A DNA stretch of 64,000 bases. Source: Podarcis muralis (taxonomy: Eukaryota). The notes under the pieces are model-generated. The model had not been told where the DNA came from. It ran no database searches and saw only the letters and a list, made by a program, of their open reading frames with translations. The stretch lies in NCBI RefSeq assembly GCF_964188315.1, contig NC_135667.1, positions 13,454,001 through 13,518,000 of the forward strand, read 5' to 3'. Below, one piece after another: positions 48,662 through 63,611 of this stretch (the stretch's first letter is position 1; every line of letters begins with the position of its first letter). The position numbers were made by a program, and so were the translations under genes.

Positions 48662-48764
48662 AGCATGAACAAGTCTATTAGATGTAGCAAATCATAACTG
48701 GACTACATCTCCTTGTATTCATTTTGTATTCATTTTCACAGAATGCCTCAACCCAACAAAGCCA

Positions 48765-49305
48765 ACCGCAGATGAAGTGGATGGACTATATGGAATTGGC
48801 AGAAATGACTGGCAGAATCCAAGACCAGGGAGAAGAGTCGGTGGAAGAAGACTGGAAAAAGCTTAAAGACTATTTACAGAAATACTGTAAAATTAATGAA
48901 TGTTAGAAAAATGTTGGAATGAAGTTATATGGCTTTAGTAGAAATGTTATAAGGAATTAAGTATAAATAGATCAATAGAGTATTAAAGGGAAAAATAAGG
49001 TTAGAATTTGTTAAGATAATTAAAAGATAGAAAGCAGAGGAAGATGGAAAGGAATTGCTGAAACAATGAACAGAAGTGGAATACAAAAAGGGAGGTGTGA
49101 GGAGGTCACTGAAATAAGTGAATGAAAGATAAGATACTGAAATTGTTTGATGTCTTTTTAATTGTTTTTGTTTTATTTTGTTAGTTTAAGGTGTTATGTA
49201 GTGTTTTTGTAATGTATTGTATTGTTCTTTTTTCTTTTTCTTTTCTCATTGTGTCTGTTTAAATTGTTGGAAAAGTAATAAATATTATTTTTTTTAAAAA
49301 AAAAA
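48765..49305 (+). mobile_element. L1-like LINE 3' end
   Basis: Peptide QMKWMDYMELAEMTGRIQDQGEESVEEDWKKLKDYL resembles squamate L1 ORF2 C-termini (from recall). Followed by an AT-rich 3' UTR, AATAAA at 49277 and a poly(A) tail at 49296-49305. Confidence 0.7.
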
Positions 49306-49848
49306 CCAACAAACCCTGACAAAGTACTCTGATTAAGGGAAGCCGTGGGTCATGTATCCTAGACTCATAGACCAGGGAGGGACCCTAATTCCACGATGCT
49401 GACTACACATTTTGGAAACTACATTGGTTACAAGGTCTTCCATAATGAGCTTCTGACGTCTTCCTTCCCCAATACAACAGTGGTCCCTTATTATCAAGTG
49501 AAAGGGAAATTAAAATAACAGTTCTGAATATGGGACAAACACATTTTCTTCAACAATTCCAGAGGGAATTCTAAGCACTGAATGATTAATTACATTGCTT
49601 CTTGATCATTAACAGGGCTATAATTTGAGCGGCTGCTTCTCAAAAAACAAGTGGCCACTGGTAAACCTAATGCATATATTAAAATTAATCAGAATTAATC
49701 AGTCTTGTGATCCACAAGTCTGATTCTGGATACTCCGACATTGCATCGTCTCAGGAAAATAAACTACCATTTAAACGAGACAATTTTTATCTTGGAGAAG
49801 ATAAAACAGAGTTTTTGCATAGAACAACCAGTTGCCTTTGTAATGAGA

Positions 49849-50300
49849 ATGGTGGTTTTAGTATTCTTGCTACTGGAACTGATTTCTTACAATGTATGTC
49901 AGGCTCACATAGCAAAATGCAGGCTCCAAAGTCCACACCGTCCACTTCAAATGTATCATCAGCCAGGAGAGTTCCTCATTGGTGGCATTGTTTCCCATGG
50001 TGGCTTCATCTCCTCTCCAGCAACATTCACTGAGGAACCCCCACCAGCACTGCCTGAAGAGCTTGTGTAAGAACTAAGCCACTCATTTATTACAGTACAG
50101 GAATGATCAAACTAAGAGATTCAGCCTCAGAATATTGACTGAGGCTGCAAACTTCTACCCATATACCTAGGAATAACCACTTTTCATTTCAGTGGGGCAT
50201 AAGCTGATGTAAACTCCATAAGAATCTCGTGTGAATTAAAATAATACTGTAGAAGCTCCCATTTCTCAATAGGGAAATGAATATACCGGTAAATGTATTG

Positions 50301-50343
<43 letters not shown>

Positions 50344-53300
50344 TGAGATAGCCCTTTTGAACAGCTGATTTTGATAGACTTTATCTGAACAGGAGTGTTA
50401 CTGAGAATGCATTAAAAAAAACTTGTTCTGAACCTAAATGCTCATATGGTTTCATTTCCTGATCTTAGGCTAAAATTATTATCAAGGGTCTGGAAGCCAA
50501 ACCTTATGAGGGAACATTGAGGGGGTTGGGTATGTTTAGCTATGAAAATAGAAGACTGAGGTGATGTAGGATAGCCATTTTCAAATATATCAACGGCTGT
50601 CACCAGGAAATCGGAGCAAGCTTGTTTTCTCTTGCTCCAGAGGGTAGGACCAGAACCAATAGATTCAAGTTGCAAGATAGGAGATTCTGTGTAAACATCA
50701 GGAAGAACTTGCTGATTATAAGAATTGTTCAGCAATAGAATGGACTGGGAGTTAACTCCACTGAAGTCGATATGATTAACTACTTTGTTGATATGTAAAA
50801 GGATATATCAGTTCCTTCTGATATTGTTTGCAACTCTTCTTCTAGGGTGGTGCCTAAGCTTTACCAGCACATCTTGACCTTGGCATTTGCTGTAAAGGAG
50901 ATCAATGAAGACCCTCACATCCTACCCAATATCACCTTGGGCTTTCACTTATATGACAGCTATAACAATGCAAGAAGCACATATTTTGCGACACTGCTGC
51001 TTTTATCCAGGGTGGAGAAATTTGTTCCTAACTATATATGTGATGTTGAAAATAATCTGGCTGGGGTCATAGGAGGACTTGATTCTGAAATCTCCTTTTA
51101 TATGGCAACTGTTTTGGATATCTATAAGATTGCGCAGGTAGGGCACCCATGTACAATATCTCTCTTAGCTTGCATAGAGAAAGAGGCTGAATTCACAACA
51201 CTAGTTCAGGGTGTATCACCAGCTCAGGGCAAGGGTGAAATTGTAAGCAGAACCATATGCACGACCTTCAGATCCTTGGGAAATAAAGGTGGTACAGAAT
51301 TAATATAACATAAAATAACCTAAATGGGGGGAAAGAAATTCCGCAATAGCAGAAAAAAATATGTCACCCCCTCAATCTCTTACACACATCTCAAGGAAAT
51401 CCCAAAGGCCAATGATAGTAGACTGGGCTTCTTCATCACCAGCCATGACATCATACCCAATATGTGAATGTTTAGGGGGAAAGACTTTCAAATTAAAAAC
51501 ACTCTGAAGGTATGACAAATTGCAGATATAATCCACTTATGCAGGAGAACAGTGACAGTACTGAGAAACTGGTCCCAAAGTGAAATAATTGTTCATAAAT
51601 AATGTCAGAGATGTTTTGAAATAGAAGAGGCAGAAATGGTAGTTCTGCTGTGTGTTGGGGTATGAGCATTGTGAAGATGAAAGAACCTAGAGAGAAGAAA
51701 TGTGCATTCAACCCAAGTTGCGATTCTGACATGGCTACAGTAAATAATGTCCAATGCAGGGGTAGGCAACCCTCTGTTTGGGGCATGGTGTGTCCCTCTA
51801 ATCAGTTTTGTCCATCGTAGAAGACGCTGCCAAATTCTGCAGGGTATAAAAATAAAAATAAAATTGGAACATTGCCCCTCTCTGGTCAACAGAACAAATG
51901 CTTAACAAACTGGAATGGGAGATGACCCCAATTTTCAGGCCATCTGCATGTGTGTCTTTAGTATAAATGAGAAAGGAATGCAACACCTGGTGGGTGGCAA
52001 AGGGCATATCTGACTAGCAGGATTCATCACATAATGTATATGAATAGTTTGAAAGAACTCTGCAAATATTACTTTGCCTCTTCTCTTCCTCCATTGCCTC
52101 TTTAGCTCATTTATGGCTCTGCTCCAGTGATGAATGATAAAAGCCCAGGGCTTCCCTTCTACCAGATGGCAGCCTCGGAAGCCCTTCAGTATGAGGGAAT
52201 TCTCTCTTTGCTTCTGCATTTCAGGTGGACGTGGATTGGAGTCATTGCAACGGACAATGACAATGGAGAAAGATTTGTGCAAACCATTTCCCCAATGTTT
52301 ACCAAGAGTGGTGTCTGCTTTGAATTCATAGAAAGAATCCCCACTTTTAGTTTTATTTCTGAAATTCCAGGCATGCTAACACAGGGGGCAACAATAAACG
52401 AGAAAATCTTTAGCAGCAAAGCTAACATAGTGGTTGCCTCTGGAGAATCTTACTCCATGACAACTTTGAGAGTGTTTTCATACTTTTCAGAACATGATGA
52501 CAAGACAAAGAATGTAGAAAGTAAAGTATGGATAATATCAGCCCAGGTTGAGTTTGCTTCATTTGTCTTTCAAAGGTACTGGGATGCAGGAATATTCAAT
52601 GGTGCTATAGCCTTTGAAATTCACATTAGAAACCCACCAGGATTTCATCAGTATGTTCTGCACAGAAACCCTTCCAGCACAGATGGGGACGGTTTTATCA
52701 GGGACTTCTGGCAACAGGCCTTTGAATGTGTATTCCCAGATAACACTGCAGACAAGGCAGAGGGGAATATTTGCACCGGAGAAGAGAAGCTGGAGAGCCT
52801 TCCTGGGTCACTTTTTGAAATGAGCACGACAGGCCACAGTTTCAGCATCCACAGTGCTGTCTACGCCATGGCCCATGCTTTACATGCCATGTCCACATCC
52901 AGACTCAGACATAGAAGAATGGCATACAAAAAGAAAGGGAAGAATCTGAATCAACAGTTTTGGCAGGTAAAGGCTGAACATCCTCAACTGCGAAAGCCCT
53001 GTTACTTCCTGACACTCTATGGGTTCCCAAAATCCTATCAGCTTGCTCTTGCCTCTCAGAGTTCAAACATTTGCGCAAGTGTATTAGGAAGAAAACCCAG
53101 AACTGAATTTAGAATTCTGCTGACAGAGTAGGAGGTGGCACGGATATGGTGGTATCCTAGATAATTCCCCACATATTGTGCTGCTGGCAAATAGCAGCAG
53201 AACCTATACAAAATGGACATGGTGGTTGTGTCTTTCTGTGAGTAGGTACCGCCCTGTGTTTCAGGATAAAGTATTTGTATGATGGAAGCTTTGCAGCCAA

Positions 53301-54920
53301 ATGAGATTCATATATAGCAGGCATGTCCAACAGGTAGATCATGACCTACCAGTAGCTCACTGGCCGTCTGTTGCAGATCACAGGTAGATCAGTGGCTCCC
53401 CTCCAATGAAGCTCAACAACTTTGGCTTCCCTAACAAAAGCTCAACATTTTTGGCCTGATCTGCCAAAAATGGTCCTTCCTCCCCCTCTAAAAATGCTGA
53501 ACAACTTTGACCTGAACCCCCCAAAAGGGGGTAGATCACTGCCAGTTTTTAATTCTGTGAGTAGATTGCAGTCTCATGGGAGTTGGCCACCCCTGATATA
53601 TAGGAAGCAGTGGTAATGGTTGGGAGAGATGTTCAGCATTCCCTCTATCCCGTATCAACCAAATCCTTCCTTAGAACAGGTGGTTGCGCACCACTGCCAT
53701 GTCTTCTGAGATTTTTCTGGGAGACCAGGGAGGGGGACAAACCTCTCTACTCATACATATTTAACTTGTGGGCATTCAGAGGGAGAAGGGTTGTAAGAAA
53801 GATTGAGAGAGATACATGTGTATGAAAGAAAATGGGTTGGCTCTTTCCATGCTTGGGCCTGAATCGACTGACAATTAACTAAATCACCCTCACCATATGC
53901 TGTAGGTTCTTTCCAGAGGGGGAAAAATGATCGTCCCTGCATTAGACTGCAGTCTTTTCTATACCCTTTTCTTTTCTGCTTTCTTTCTCTGTTTTCAATC
54001 TAGCTCCATCACTTTCTGAGAAGCATCTCATTTAACAATACGGCTGGAGATGTGGTCTTCATCAACCAGAATGGGGAGGCAGCATCTAGCTTGGATATTA
54101 ACAATTGGATCATATTTGCCAACCAAAGTTTTCACAGAGTGAGAGTTGGGAGGATAGATCCGCAGGCTCCTCCAGACCAATCATTCATCCTTGATGAAGA
54201 TGCCATAACATGGCACAGTTGGTTTAACCAGGTAGGGTTGCATTTTTTGCTAATTCAAAAGAGATTCAGTATTGAATAAGCAATCATTATCTACCTGCAG
54301 GTCCACTCACTGTATTTAGAGCTGCAAGTTACTGAGTTGTGTATGACCAAAGCATCCAGGTACCAGATTAAAAGCCAAAAGATTACTGCTAGAAGCCACG
54401 CAAGGAATGAAGGCAAATACTTTATTAAGGCGGTTACAAAACTATATATTTTAACTATAAAATGAAGTTAAGCAAGGCTAAGAGTGTAAATATGGTTTCG
54501 GGGAATCCTACTTCAGACGAAAATAACAAAAGTTCAGTTGTCTCAGCCTAATTCCAACCATTAACAGTCCCCACTGCAAGCTGCATCCATGCAAATGTGA
54601 TTTTGCATCACACAATCCTTCATCTGAATGTCGGTCATTCAGTCAAATGGAGCCTCTGGGTACATTTCTCCAGCACAAGAGGGTATGCATGCTCACAGAC
54701 ATGAGAGTAAATGTGTGAAGAGTAAGAGACAGAGCATTAGGAATAGATGCATCAATTTTTAGAAATACGTTTTCAAAGGTATATCTTTTTCTTAACATGC
54801 TGAGAATTGTATTACAGCATTCCAAGAATTCTCATAGGCATTGCATAGCTTCAATCCGGTTCATGTATTTGTCCTGAATATTTTTAATGGAATTCAAAAA
54901 GAATATTTTTAATGGAATTT

Positions 54921-54967
<47 letters not shown>

Positions 54968-57130
54968 ACAATACCCCCACCTGGGTGGTTTTCCTAGCCA
55001 CTCTGGGTGGCACATTCAGAACTCTTCCTTAGGCAGCATCTGATGGCACCAAAATCAGTTCTAGAGCTGTCTACCTAGTGGACAACATACTCAAAAGTAA
55101 CAATTATAACAAAATTAACAAGGAAACTAGAGTAACTTTAAAATGTACCTTAATGGACAGAGCAATCTTTGCAGAACAGATGGGGTACTGCACATACCAG
55201 AGGAATGTCAAGGGAATATCACATAACTTCAAAAATTACTATTACTAATACCAGAAGAAGCAATTGCTCTCTGTATAGCCATTACATATTACAGTGGTAC
55301 CTCAGGTTACAAACGCTTCAGGTTACAGATTCCGCTAACCTGGAATTAGTACCTTTAAGGGTACTACTTTACTTTACTTCAGGATGAGAACAGAAATCTA
55401 GTGGCAGCAGTGAGAGGCCCCATTAGCTAAAGTGGTCCTCAACTTAAGAACGGTTTCTGGTTAAGAACGGACCTCCGGAATGAATGACATTCTTAACCAG
55501 AGGTACCACTGTACTGAAATGCTGTGTCAGTTTAGTAAAGTAGAGAAAGGCCCGAGTACTTAAAGGATTCCAAACTCATTGTTCTCTTGCTGATCCTTCT
55601 GTTCTTTCATTTACGGAATAGACTCAGCCTCTTTCTGTCTGTACTGAGAGATGTCTTCCAAGATCCAGCAAGAAAGTGAAGGAGGGACAGCCCCCTTGCT
55701 GCTACGATTGCATCCCATGTCCAGAGGGGAAGATTGCAAACCAGTATGGTAGGGGAAATAAATAGATTAAATAGATCCAGACACAGTACTTAGGATTGAC
55801 AGGTGTTGTAAGGATGGCTGAGTTAAATGTTCAGAGGTGGAGATGATCTACTGTGTGTGTGATCCTGCCTCTTTGTGATCATTGCTCTTCAGATAGTCTA
55901 AATATGCTAATCAAATGAGAATGACAATGATTTGACAGGAGCCGGGTAGTATGTGGTTCAACTTAAATCTACAAGGGGCCTTGTCACTCCTTCTGACTTA
56001 CACAGACTGCACCTAAGCTACTGTAGTGATATGTTCCAATATCATGAGGAGCCATTTACAGACCAATAGCTCTGAACCAATTAAATTCAACAATACCACA
56101 CTACAGAGCATCAGACAGTATTAAACATGTGTTTTCATTTGAGCAGAGCTCTTTTCTTCTCAGACAGTCAACATTTCAGGAAGCTGATGTGATATGAGCT
56201 AAAGGTCATTTCCTTATTTTTTTTCCAGATATGAATGACTGTTATAAATGCCCAGACAAAGAATATCCAAGCAAGAACCGGGATGCATGTCTACCCAAGG
56301 ATATCAGCTTCTTGTCTTATGAAGAACCTTTGGGCATCAGTTTAGCCTGCTGCTCTCTTTCTCTTTCCTTGATCACAGCTCTGGTACTAGGTACATTTAT
56401 AAAACACCATGACACACCCATTGTCATTGCAAACAACCGAAACCTCACCTACACTCTCCTCATCTCTCTCCTGCTCTGCTTCCTGTGTGCATTGCTCTTC
56501 ATTGGCCGACCTGAGAAGGTGACGTGCATCCTCCGACAAACAGCTTTTGGCATCATCTTCTCAACTGCTGTTTCTTCTGTTCTGGCAAAAACCTTCACGG
56601 TGGTTTTGGCCTTCATGGCTACAAAACCAGAATCCAGGATGAGGAAATGGGTGGGGAAAGGACTAGGCCACTCCATTCTCCTTTCCTGCTCCATAGTCCA
56701 AGTAGGCATATGTACTGTGTGGTTGGCAACCTCTCCCCCATACCCAGATGTGGATATGCACTCCGTGATGGAAGAAATCATACTAGAATGCAATGAAGGA
56801 TCTGTGACAATGTTTTACTGTGTCCTCATCTACATGAGTTGTCTGGCAACTATCAGTTTTGCTGTGGCTTTCCTTGCCAGGAAGTTACCAGACAGTTTCA
56901 ACGAAGCCAAGTTTATCACTTTCAGCATGTTGGTCTTCTGCAGTGTTTGGCTGTCCTTTATTCCTTCCTACCTGAGCACCAAGGGAAAATATATGGTAGC
57001 TGTGGAGATCTTCTCCATCTTAGCCTCCGGTGTTGGGTTGCTGGGCTGCATCTTTTCCCCCAAATGTTATATAATCATTCTGAGGCCTGAGCTGAACAAT
57101 AGGGAACAGCTAATAAGGAAGAAAAATTAA
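49849..57130 (+). CDS. V2R gene G (type-2), intact, 875 aa: exons 49849-50066, 50846-51137, 52106-52966, 54004-54231, 55622-55748, 56229-57130
   Basis: Same exon lengths and phases as C and E, GT-AG junctions, no stop codons found. Confidence 0.93.
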
Positions 57131-57426
57131 AGAAATAATAACGTGTCCTTTGTTGTATCTTGTGCTTTTTTCTTTGTGTACACTAGAATATTTGCAAATA
57201 CATGTTCAGCAGCTGCCTTATATGGTTTTTTCTAGACATGGTAATTAATGATTGCCCATCATAAATATTGACTATTGAATTCACCCCAGAGAAAAGTGTG
57301 AGCAGGGGATTAACCTCTGATGCTCTGAAAAATCTGCTTTAATGCTGTATTGATTTTAACACTTGATTGGAAGCTGCCCAGAGTGGCTGGGGAAACTCAG
57401 CCAGATGTGCGGGGTATAAATAATAA

Positions 57427-57489
<63 letters not shown>

Positions 57490-58366
57490 CCAAGAAGCTG
57501 TCTGCTCCCAGGAATCCAGACAAAGTTAAGTGACATGATTGGTTTGCAAAAGCCTCCCTCATTATCTCTGAGGTGGCTATAATTTATGACTGAGAGTAAT
57601 TTTTCTCTTTGCTGGTGGAAATTTACATTCTGGATTGAGCTGCTTTCTGGCTATTAATAGAAGGGAAAGGAAGTTGATCATTAATGGGCTGAAGGCAGAA
57701 TAAAATGTATGCTCTAATCAAAAATGTTTTAAACAGGCTCCCAGTTCCGGCTGCCTTGATGGAGACAGCTCCCACGACAATGGGAGATCGTTGGCAAAGA
57801 TGAAACAAGGATGATTGAGCGTAATTATCCTTTCAAACTCCCCCGTGAAACGGGGGAAGCAGGCTGCACTCACAGATCATCTGGGTACCTGGCTCATGCT
57901 CCAGCATGGAATGCGAGAGGCAGGGAGGCACTGAGTGCAAAAGCACTTTGCCTGTCAGTCTCCCTCCTATGATGCCATTGGCTGCTATGAAACTAGGTAT
58001 TTTTTATCCATTGGAAGAAAAACTCAAAGAAAAATGCTACATTGGTATTTCCTTATTAGGGTGTGTATTCTGTGTGAATGAAGAACATGCAGACTACAAA
58101 TAACTTTTGACCAGCAAATATTAAACATACAAAACACCTCATCCAGATTTCCTAGAGGTCAGAATAAATGAAAACCCCTTATTGAATTATGTCTTTTCTA
58201 CATGTATTAAAACTACTGATTCACATACTGTTTCATGATCTAGTCTTTTACACCTGGGAAATGTGAGATTACAAACTATTTTTGAATTGGATACTGAACT
58301 GAAAAGAAGTCAATGTTATGATCTGAAGCAGATGAACTGTAATGTGGCATGTAATTCTCAATACCG

Positions 58367-61300
58367 GCTGCTGACTCACCTCTACCAGCACATCCTGGCC
58401 TTGGCATTTGCTGTAAAGGAGATCAATGAAACTCCCCAGATCTTGCCCAACATCACCCTGGGCTTCCAAATTTATAACAGCCATTTCAGTGCAAGCTGGA
58501 CCTATGAAGCCTCAATGGAGCTTCTCTCAAGAAGGGCCAAGGCCATCCCTAACTATAAATGTGATGCTGAGAGCACTCCAATAGCAGTCATTGGGGGACC
58601 TAATTCTAATGTCTGTCTTCATATGACAATCATCCTGTGTACCTACAAGATACCACAAGTAAGATGCAAATTCATTCACATCTGAATTTCACCTAATTCA
58701 CACAATACATGAAATGCAGCCATTCTTTGAAATTCCCCCTTCTCCAGATTTGGCAAAGCAGTTCTCCAATCAAAAAATGTGTCCATAAATGCACAGATTA
58801 AGGTAAAGTGTGCATAAAAAATGCACATTAGTAAAACTATCCTTCAAATGCATTGTATTAGTGAATATTGCTTTGCAAAGATGTGCATATTAGGCAAAAT
58901 TTGCATACAACAAGTTTTGTGTTTTAGGAGAAATTTTCATGAGGCTTAAAAAGAAATCTAATTGATGTGGTTAAATAAGAAACTTAAGAGAAATATTGAC
59001 AGATCCTCCCTTTCCTAACACACTGATGGGTCAGATTTAGCCAAAGCCCAAATCCTGAATTGGACAAATTTGGGTGGAACTAGATGAGTTAGGTCTAAAC
59101 AGTCCCAGATTGGGTCTGGCCTGCTGGAGTGATCTGGGGCTGTTGGGGCATGGTCTTGGTAGGAAGAATGAGATTTGTCTTCACATGGCTGTAGCAAGCA
59201 GTGCATTGAAGCACACAGTAAAACTGAGCAATTATATACCCTAGGCTGAGCATCTGGTGAGTTGAGGTTTCAATCCTGCTAGTTGGAGGGGCCTACTTCC
59301 TCAGCGTGTTCTTTGCATGAAATGCACAGGGAAAGTAGACTCTAGTAGTTGAACACATAATTCAATCCTGCAATCTGCAGGAGCTACTTAACCGTTATGG
59401 TCCCGGCCAGAAATGAACAGAAGAAAGAAAACAAAACTACACACAAGTAATTGTTTTATATTGAAAACCATTCTTCTCTTCTCATCTTTTTTTATATATA
59501 TAAAAAAACCTTAGCTCATATATGGCTCTTCCCCAGTCATGAATAAAGAGTCTCAAGGAGTCTTCTTCTACCAAATGTTCCCAAATGGGTACCATCAATA
59601 TAGAGGAATTATCCAATTACTGCTGCATTTCCAGTGGACATGGATTGGAGTGGTTTCTCAAGATCGGGAAAATACAGAAGGTTTTATAGACAATGTACTT
59701 CCAATGTTTTCCCAGAGTGGCATCTGCTTTGACTTCATAGAAACATTCCCAAAGCTAACATCTTCCAGTGGTACCACTGACATGGTGGGGGAGGGCTTTC
59801 ACTGTGTCAGTGTTATTATGGGAAGCACTACGAATGTTGTGGTTGTACATGGAGAAATTCAGACAATGATAGTATTGAAAATGGTACCCCAGATTGTAAA
59901 ATTTGAACATATACCAATGAGGACCAAGGGTAAAGTCTGGTTCATGACAGCCCAGATGGATATCACATCATTTCCATTCCAAAGAAATTGGGACATAAGT
60001 TTCCTTCATGGTTCTCTTTCCCTTGGAATTCACTCAGTGGATCTGTTAGCTTTCCAGAAGTTTCTTCAGAACAAGAACCCAAGCACAGAAGAAAAAGATG
60101 GTTTTATCAAGGACTTCTGGGAAGAGTCATTTAACTGTTCACTCCCCAGTTCAGTGGAAGATAATATAGGTGGGCAAACTTGCACTGGGGAGGAGAAGAT
60201 GGAGGCACTTCCCAGGTCTGTTTTTGAAATGAGAATGACTGCCCATAGCTACACCATCTACAATGCAGACTATGTGGTGGCACATGCTTTGCACATCAGA
60301 CATTCATCCCAATTCAAGCAGAGGGGAATGACAAAGGAAGTAAGATGGGAGCTTCCAAATCCACAACCGTGGCAGGTAATGTCCTGAAGATACTTCCATA
60401 TATTTTGGTGGGGAAATATGGGCGAGCTTTCTCAACCTTCCATGAGATTAACAAGAAATTTCTTTTTGGAGAAAAGCTTTACAATACATCTAGTATTTGT
60501 CCCGTCCCCCCTCTGCAGTACCCCATCCCAGAGATTGACAAATCTCCCCATAGTTTATTAAAGAACTTCTTACCATCCCTTCACCTGTGGACCTGTGCAC
60601 TTTTGGGGGGATGGAGTTTCATAACTTGGTGCTGCTCTGATATTTTGTCCAGTATTTAATTCAACCATTCGTTGAGGGGAAGAGGAGAGGTGAATGGCAC
60701 CATTTATTTCATCAAGACTTTGATTTGTTTTAAATTAATCTGTTCTTTGTTTGAGAAGGGCATGCCTGACACATTAGCTCGCCCAAAGCTTTCAAGATGT
60801 CATAATCCCGTCCCTTGAATGTATTTTCACTATGTTGTATGATAACATAGTTTGAGCATTTATATGTATCTTCCATCTTATTTTCATTATTTAGCTCCAT
60901 CACATCCTCAGAAGTATTTCATTTAACAACAGTGCAGGAGAAAATGTGTGTTTTGACACAAATGGTGAATTAATTGCTGGTTTTGACATTATAAACTGGC
61001 TCATGTTTCCAAATCAGTCCTTTCGTAGAGTCAAAATTGGGAAGATAGACTCCCTGGGTATCCAGGAAAAATCATTCACCATTCATGAGGATGCCATTGT
61101 ATGGCCCATCCCATTTAACCAGGTGGGTTCTCTGAATCTTTCAGGGTCCATTCCATCACTTGTCCCATGGTTGTTTCTCAGTATTCTGTAAATTTATTTA
61201 GCCCAATTCAAACTATGGCTTTCAATCTGAACATTCATGTTGTAGTTCCATAATAATGCGCCACTTAATGTTCATTCTTGGGGTGGCAGGGAAGACTTTG

Positions 61301-63568
61301 GCAATTCCACCCTCCATTCAATTACATGCATTCTAACTATAGGCAATTTTGGCTTCACACACTAATCCCAAAATGTAACCCTCTCATAATTTGAGTGTGG
61401 ACTTCATACCTATCAATGAAACAGGTGAAGACACATTTCTTCCAGGACGCTTTGACTTTTGTAATGAATTTGAGTCGCACAGTTTTGTGTTATTTGTAAG
61501 ATTATTTAGGTTCAACATATCTTGCCTCTTTCCATACATAACCTTTTGAGTATTAAGATTCCCTCTTGGTACTTCTGCCACAATCAGAAACCTGAGGGAT
61601 GGCAGTCTAGGAAAGGGAATTATCTGTGGCAGTTCCCAAAACATGTCCCTTTCCCCAAAGTGTCACGTCAAACATCCTCATTTATAGTTACTATGGATTG
61701 GTGAAGATGCACCTCTTTACCCTCTCCACAGTTAACAATTTTGGGGTCAGACCACCTCTATTGTTTGATGCACATTCCTTTGGTTTGTTTTAAAATATGT
61801 CATTGATTTTAATGCTCACTGTTTTGGTGGCATTGGCTCTAAAAAGTGTTATATAAATAAATAATAGCGTACCATAATATGAGCCAAGGACTCAAGTTCT
61901 AAAAGCCCACTGCATTTGCAATACTTTCTAGTGTTCGTGATATTACCTAAAACATTATATTTTAATATTTATGGACAGACTCGGCCCATTTCTATATGTA
62001 ATGATCATTGCGGTTCAGGTTATAGTCAGACCAAGAAGAAAGGGAACCCATTTTGTTGCTATGACTGCGTTCCATGTCCAGAAGGAAAGATTTCCAACCA
62101 GGAAGGTAAGAAAGGTTAAAAAATGTTTTCTATAGATGTATGTATACCACCTATTTCATAGATTATTTTGATCTGGTTATGTATATCAATAGGTTTGTTT
62201 TTTAACAGTGATTTCCTTGATGTTTAAAATATTGCCCCAATTCATGGGCAATTGATTTGAAATCCATTATAAGTGAACTACAAGCCTATTTTTAATACAG
62301 TGTTGTATCACTATTTAGTTATGTTTAGAGAGAACCATTTGAATAAATGGGAAATCACATAAACAAGTACCACTGATTTCAGTGGATCTTCAGTAAGCAT
62401 TTCTAAATCTGAATCAGATCCATTGGCACTTGAAGCTGATCAGCTTCACCATGCACACAGATTCACCTTTAAAATGAGCTGAGTAACAGCTGCAGAATCA
62501 GAAAGTGTGGAACCACCCGTTCTGGTCAGCTGATATTCTATTGAATTAGATCAAAATACTGAAGTAGTTTACAAAGTGCACAACTGTCAGGGGCTCAGGA
62601 GCAGAGGCACAGGGGAGAGAGGAAATGGAGAGCGAAGGGGAAGAATCTGAGGGCAGTGGAGGGGAGAATGACAGTGACCCGAGAGATTCCGTGAGCCTCT
62701 CCAGTGAATCAGAAGATTCCCAGAAGGGGGCGCCGATGGTCAGGGCAAGGGGGGTCCCAGGGGGGACGCACCAGAAGCAAGGGGCCAGCGGAGACTCCCA
62801 AAGCAGTAGCTGGAGATCAGGACCAGCTTCCCCACCAGAGCGTAGTGGGGGGGAAGAGTCCCATGGGTCAGAGCCAGCGTCTCCTCCAGCAGGGAGGGAA
62901 GAGGAGTCAGGGCTGACCACGCCCCTGTCGCAGAGTGGGCGAACGGAGGGAAGGTCAGACCCAGATAGCATCCCCAAAGGGGAAAGCAGCAACAGAAGCA
63001 GTGTAACGGTCAGGAGGAAGGTGACCGGGTGGGCGTGTGCGCCAAGTTCAAATGTGCAGGCGCACGGGGCAGCAGAAAGCCCGGAAGGGGAACCAGGTCT
63101 TAAAGCCCGCCGTAGGCAGGGGGAAGACTCAGGGGACTCAGCGTCAGAAGAGTCTAGGAAGGGCGAGACCCCAGGGGACAGGCGGACCCAGAGGAGGAAA
63201 GAGCAAAGGAAGAGGTGGAGCAAGGCTAGAGTCTTAAACTGGTGTCTGGGGGGAGGAGACTCAGACGGAGCTTCGGCGGTCTAGAGTTTAAGACGTAGAG
63301 CTGCGCGCCGCGGCTGTGAAAGAGAAACTGAACTTCAATAAAGACTGTTTTATATAACAACTAACTGGCGTTGGTCCTCTGTGAGCTGGGACCTGAGGCA
63401 GCTCTGACAACAAATATTTGCATTATTCCAAAGAAATGACATTGAGTCAGAAATGATCAAATGTGGGTGGGGGGAGAGAGGTGTGGCCTTGTCTTTGTGA
63501 GCCAACAGAGCCCACCACCTCTGACTCTCTTAAGAGTGTGTAATTAATATCTCTTTCTTTCTTTCTTT

Positions 63569-63611
<43 letters not shown>

